NCBI RefSeq assembly: GCF_900055185.1
Contig: NZ_FIZX01000002.1
Span: 228,586-252,585 of the forward strand
Direction of reading: 5' to 3'
Source of the DNA: Grimontia celer
GTDB taxonomy: Bacteria; Pseudomonadota; Gammaproteobacteria; Enterobacterales; Vibrionaceae
Length of the DNA stretch: 24,000 nt
Shown here: positions 23,913 to 24,000 of the stretch, one piece after another
How the letters are laid out: each line of letters starts with the position of its first letter
How positions within the stretch are numbered: position 1 is the first letter of the stretch
Translations under genes and position numbers: made by a program
Notes under the pieces: generated by a model
Database searches by the model: none
What the model was told of the DNA's origin: nothing
Seen by the model: only the letters and a program-made list of their open reading frames with translations

Positions 23913-24000
23913 ATGTTCTCGTTAAAACGTGTGCTTGCTTGCAGCTGGCTGTTGTGTTCAACCGCGAGCTGGGCGGACTCATTTTCCCTCCCAATCTGGA
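23913..24000 (+). CDS. 5' end of a secreted protein gene (runs off window end)
   Basis: The ATG at 23913 opens MFSLKRVLACSWLLCSTASWADSFSLPIW..., signal-peptide-like (basic n-region, hydrophobic core, A-x-A-like cleavage context). It is open to nt 24000. The SD (GGAAG) is weak. Confidence 0.4.
   Translation, partial: MFSLKRVLACSWLLCSTASWADSFSLPIW

Noticed and set aside
23776-23994. 72-aa - strand ORF at the window end
   Set aside because: Its composition is basic and low-complexity (GRRSCGRGEEERGR). It would be antisense to a more convincing signal-peptide ORF starting at 23913 on the + strand.
1-24000. Searched by eye for CRISPR arrays, long direct or inverted repeats, IS elements, integrases, integron attC-like sites and c-di-GMP riboswitch-like leaders
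   Set aside because: None found. There are no spaced short repeats, no transposase- or integrase-like ORFs, and no GEMM-like conserved boxes in the intergenic regions. A computational repeat and Rfam scan would be needed to be definitive.

Overview
This is a gene-dense 24 kb chromosomal segment. I found no rRNA, tRNA, CRISPR array, transposase or integrase. The proteins suggest a Vibrio-like marine gammaproteobacterium, which is inference from protein flavour only.

Gene order:
- mltC 5' end (-) and lhgO (-).
- A 1255-aa MASE1-PAS x4-GGDEF-EAL protein (-) in which both catalytic motifs look degenerate.
- A MazG-like pyrophosphohydrolase (-).
- A co-directional + strand block closed by one strong bidirectional terminator: DedA/VTT membrane protein, ATP-grasp ligase, DinB-like protein, NRDE/TANGO2-like protein, periplasmic YHS protein, OlsF-like bifunctional aminolipid acyltransferase.
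- A small OM beta-barrel (-), a DUF445-like membrane protein (-), an ICL/PEP-mutase family enzyme (-) and a lipoprotein (+).
- A three-gene operon (-): REC-EAL regulator, 111-aa unknown protein, soluble PAS hybrid histidine kinase.
- DUF1353 protein (-).
- An AT-rich islet with an orphan lipoprotein and two small unannotated ORFs.
- A periplasmic binding protein overlapping (ATGA) a membrane GGDEF-EAL enzyme (-).
- DUF3047 protein (+) and the 5' end of a secreted protein (+).

The best candidate for an undescribed system is the translationally coupled DedA - ATP-grasp - DinB-like - NRDE operon (6309-9351). Its product and substrate cannot be named from known pathways. Secondary candidates:
- The REC-EAL / unknown small protein / hybrid-kinase operon.
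- The SBP-coupled GGDEF-EAL pair.
- The doubly degenerate MASE1 protein.
- The AT-rich islet next to DUF1353.

Several genes of interest appear to start at TTG (6309, 6875, 16848, 18039). All family assignments are by-eye motif recognition; no searches were run.
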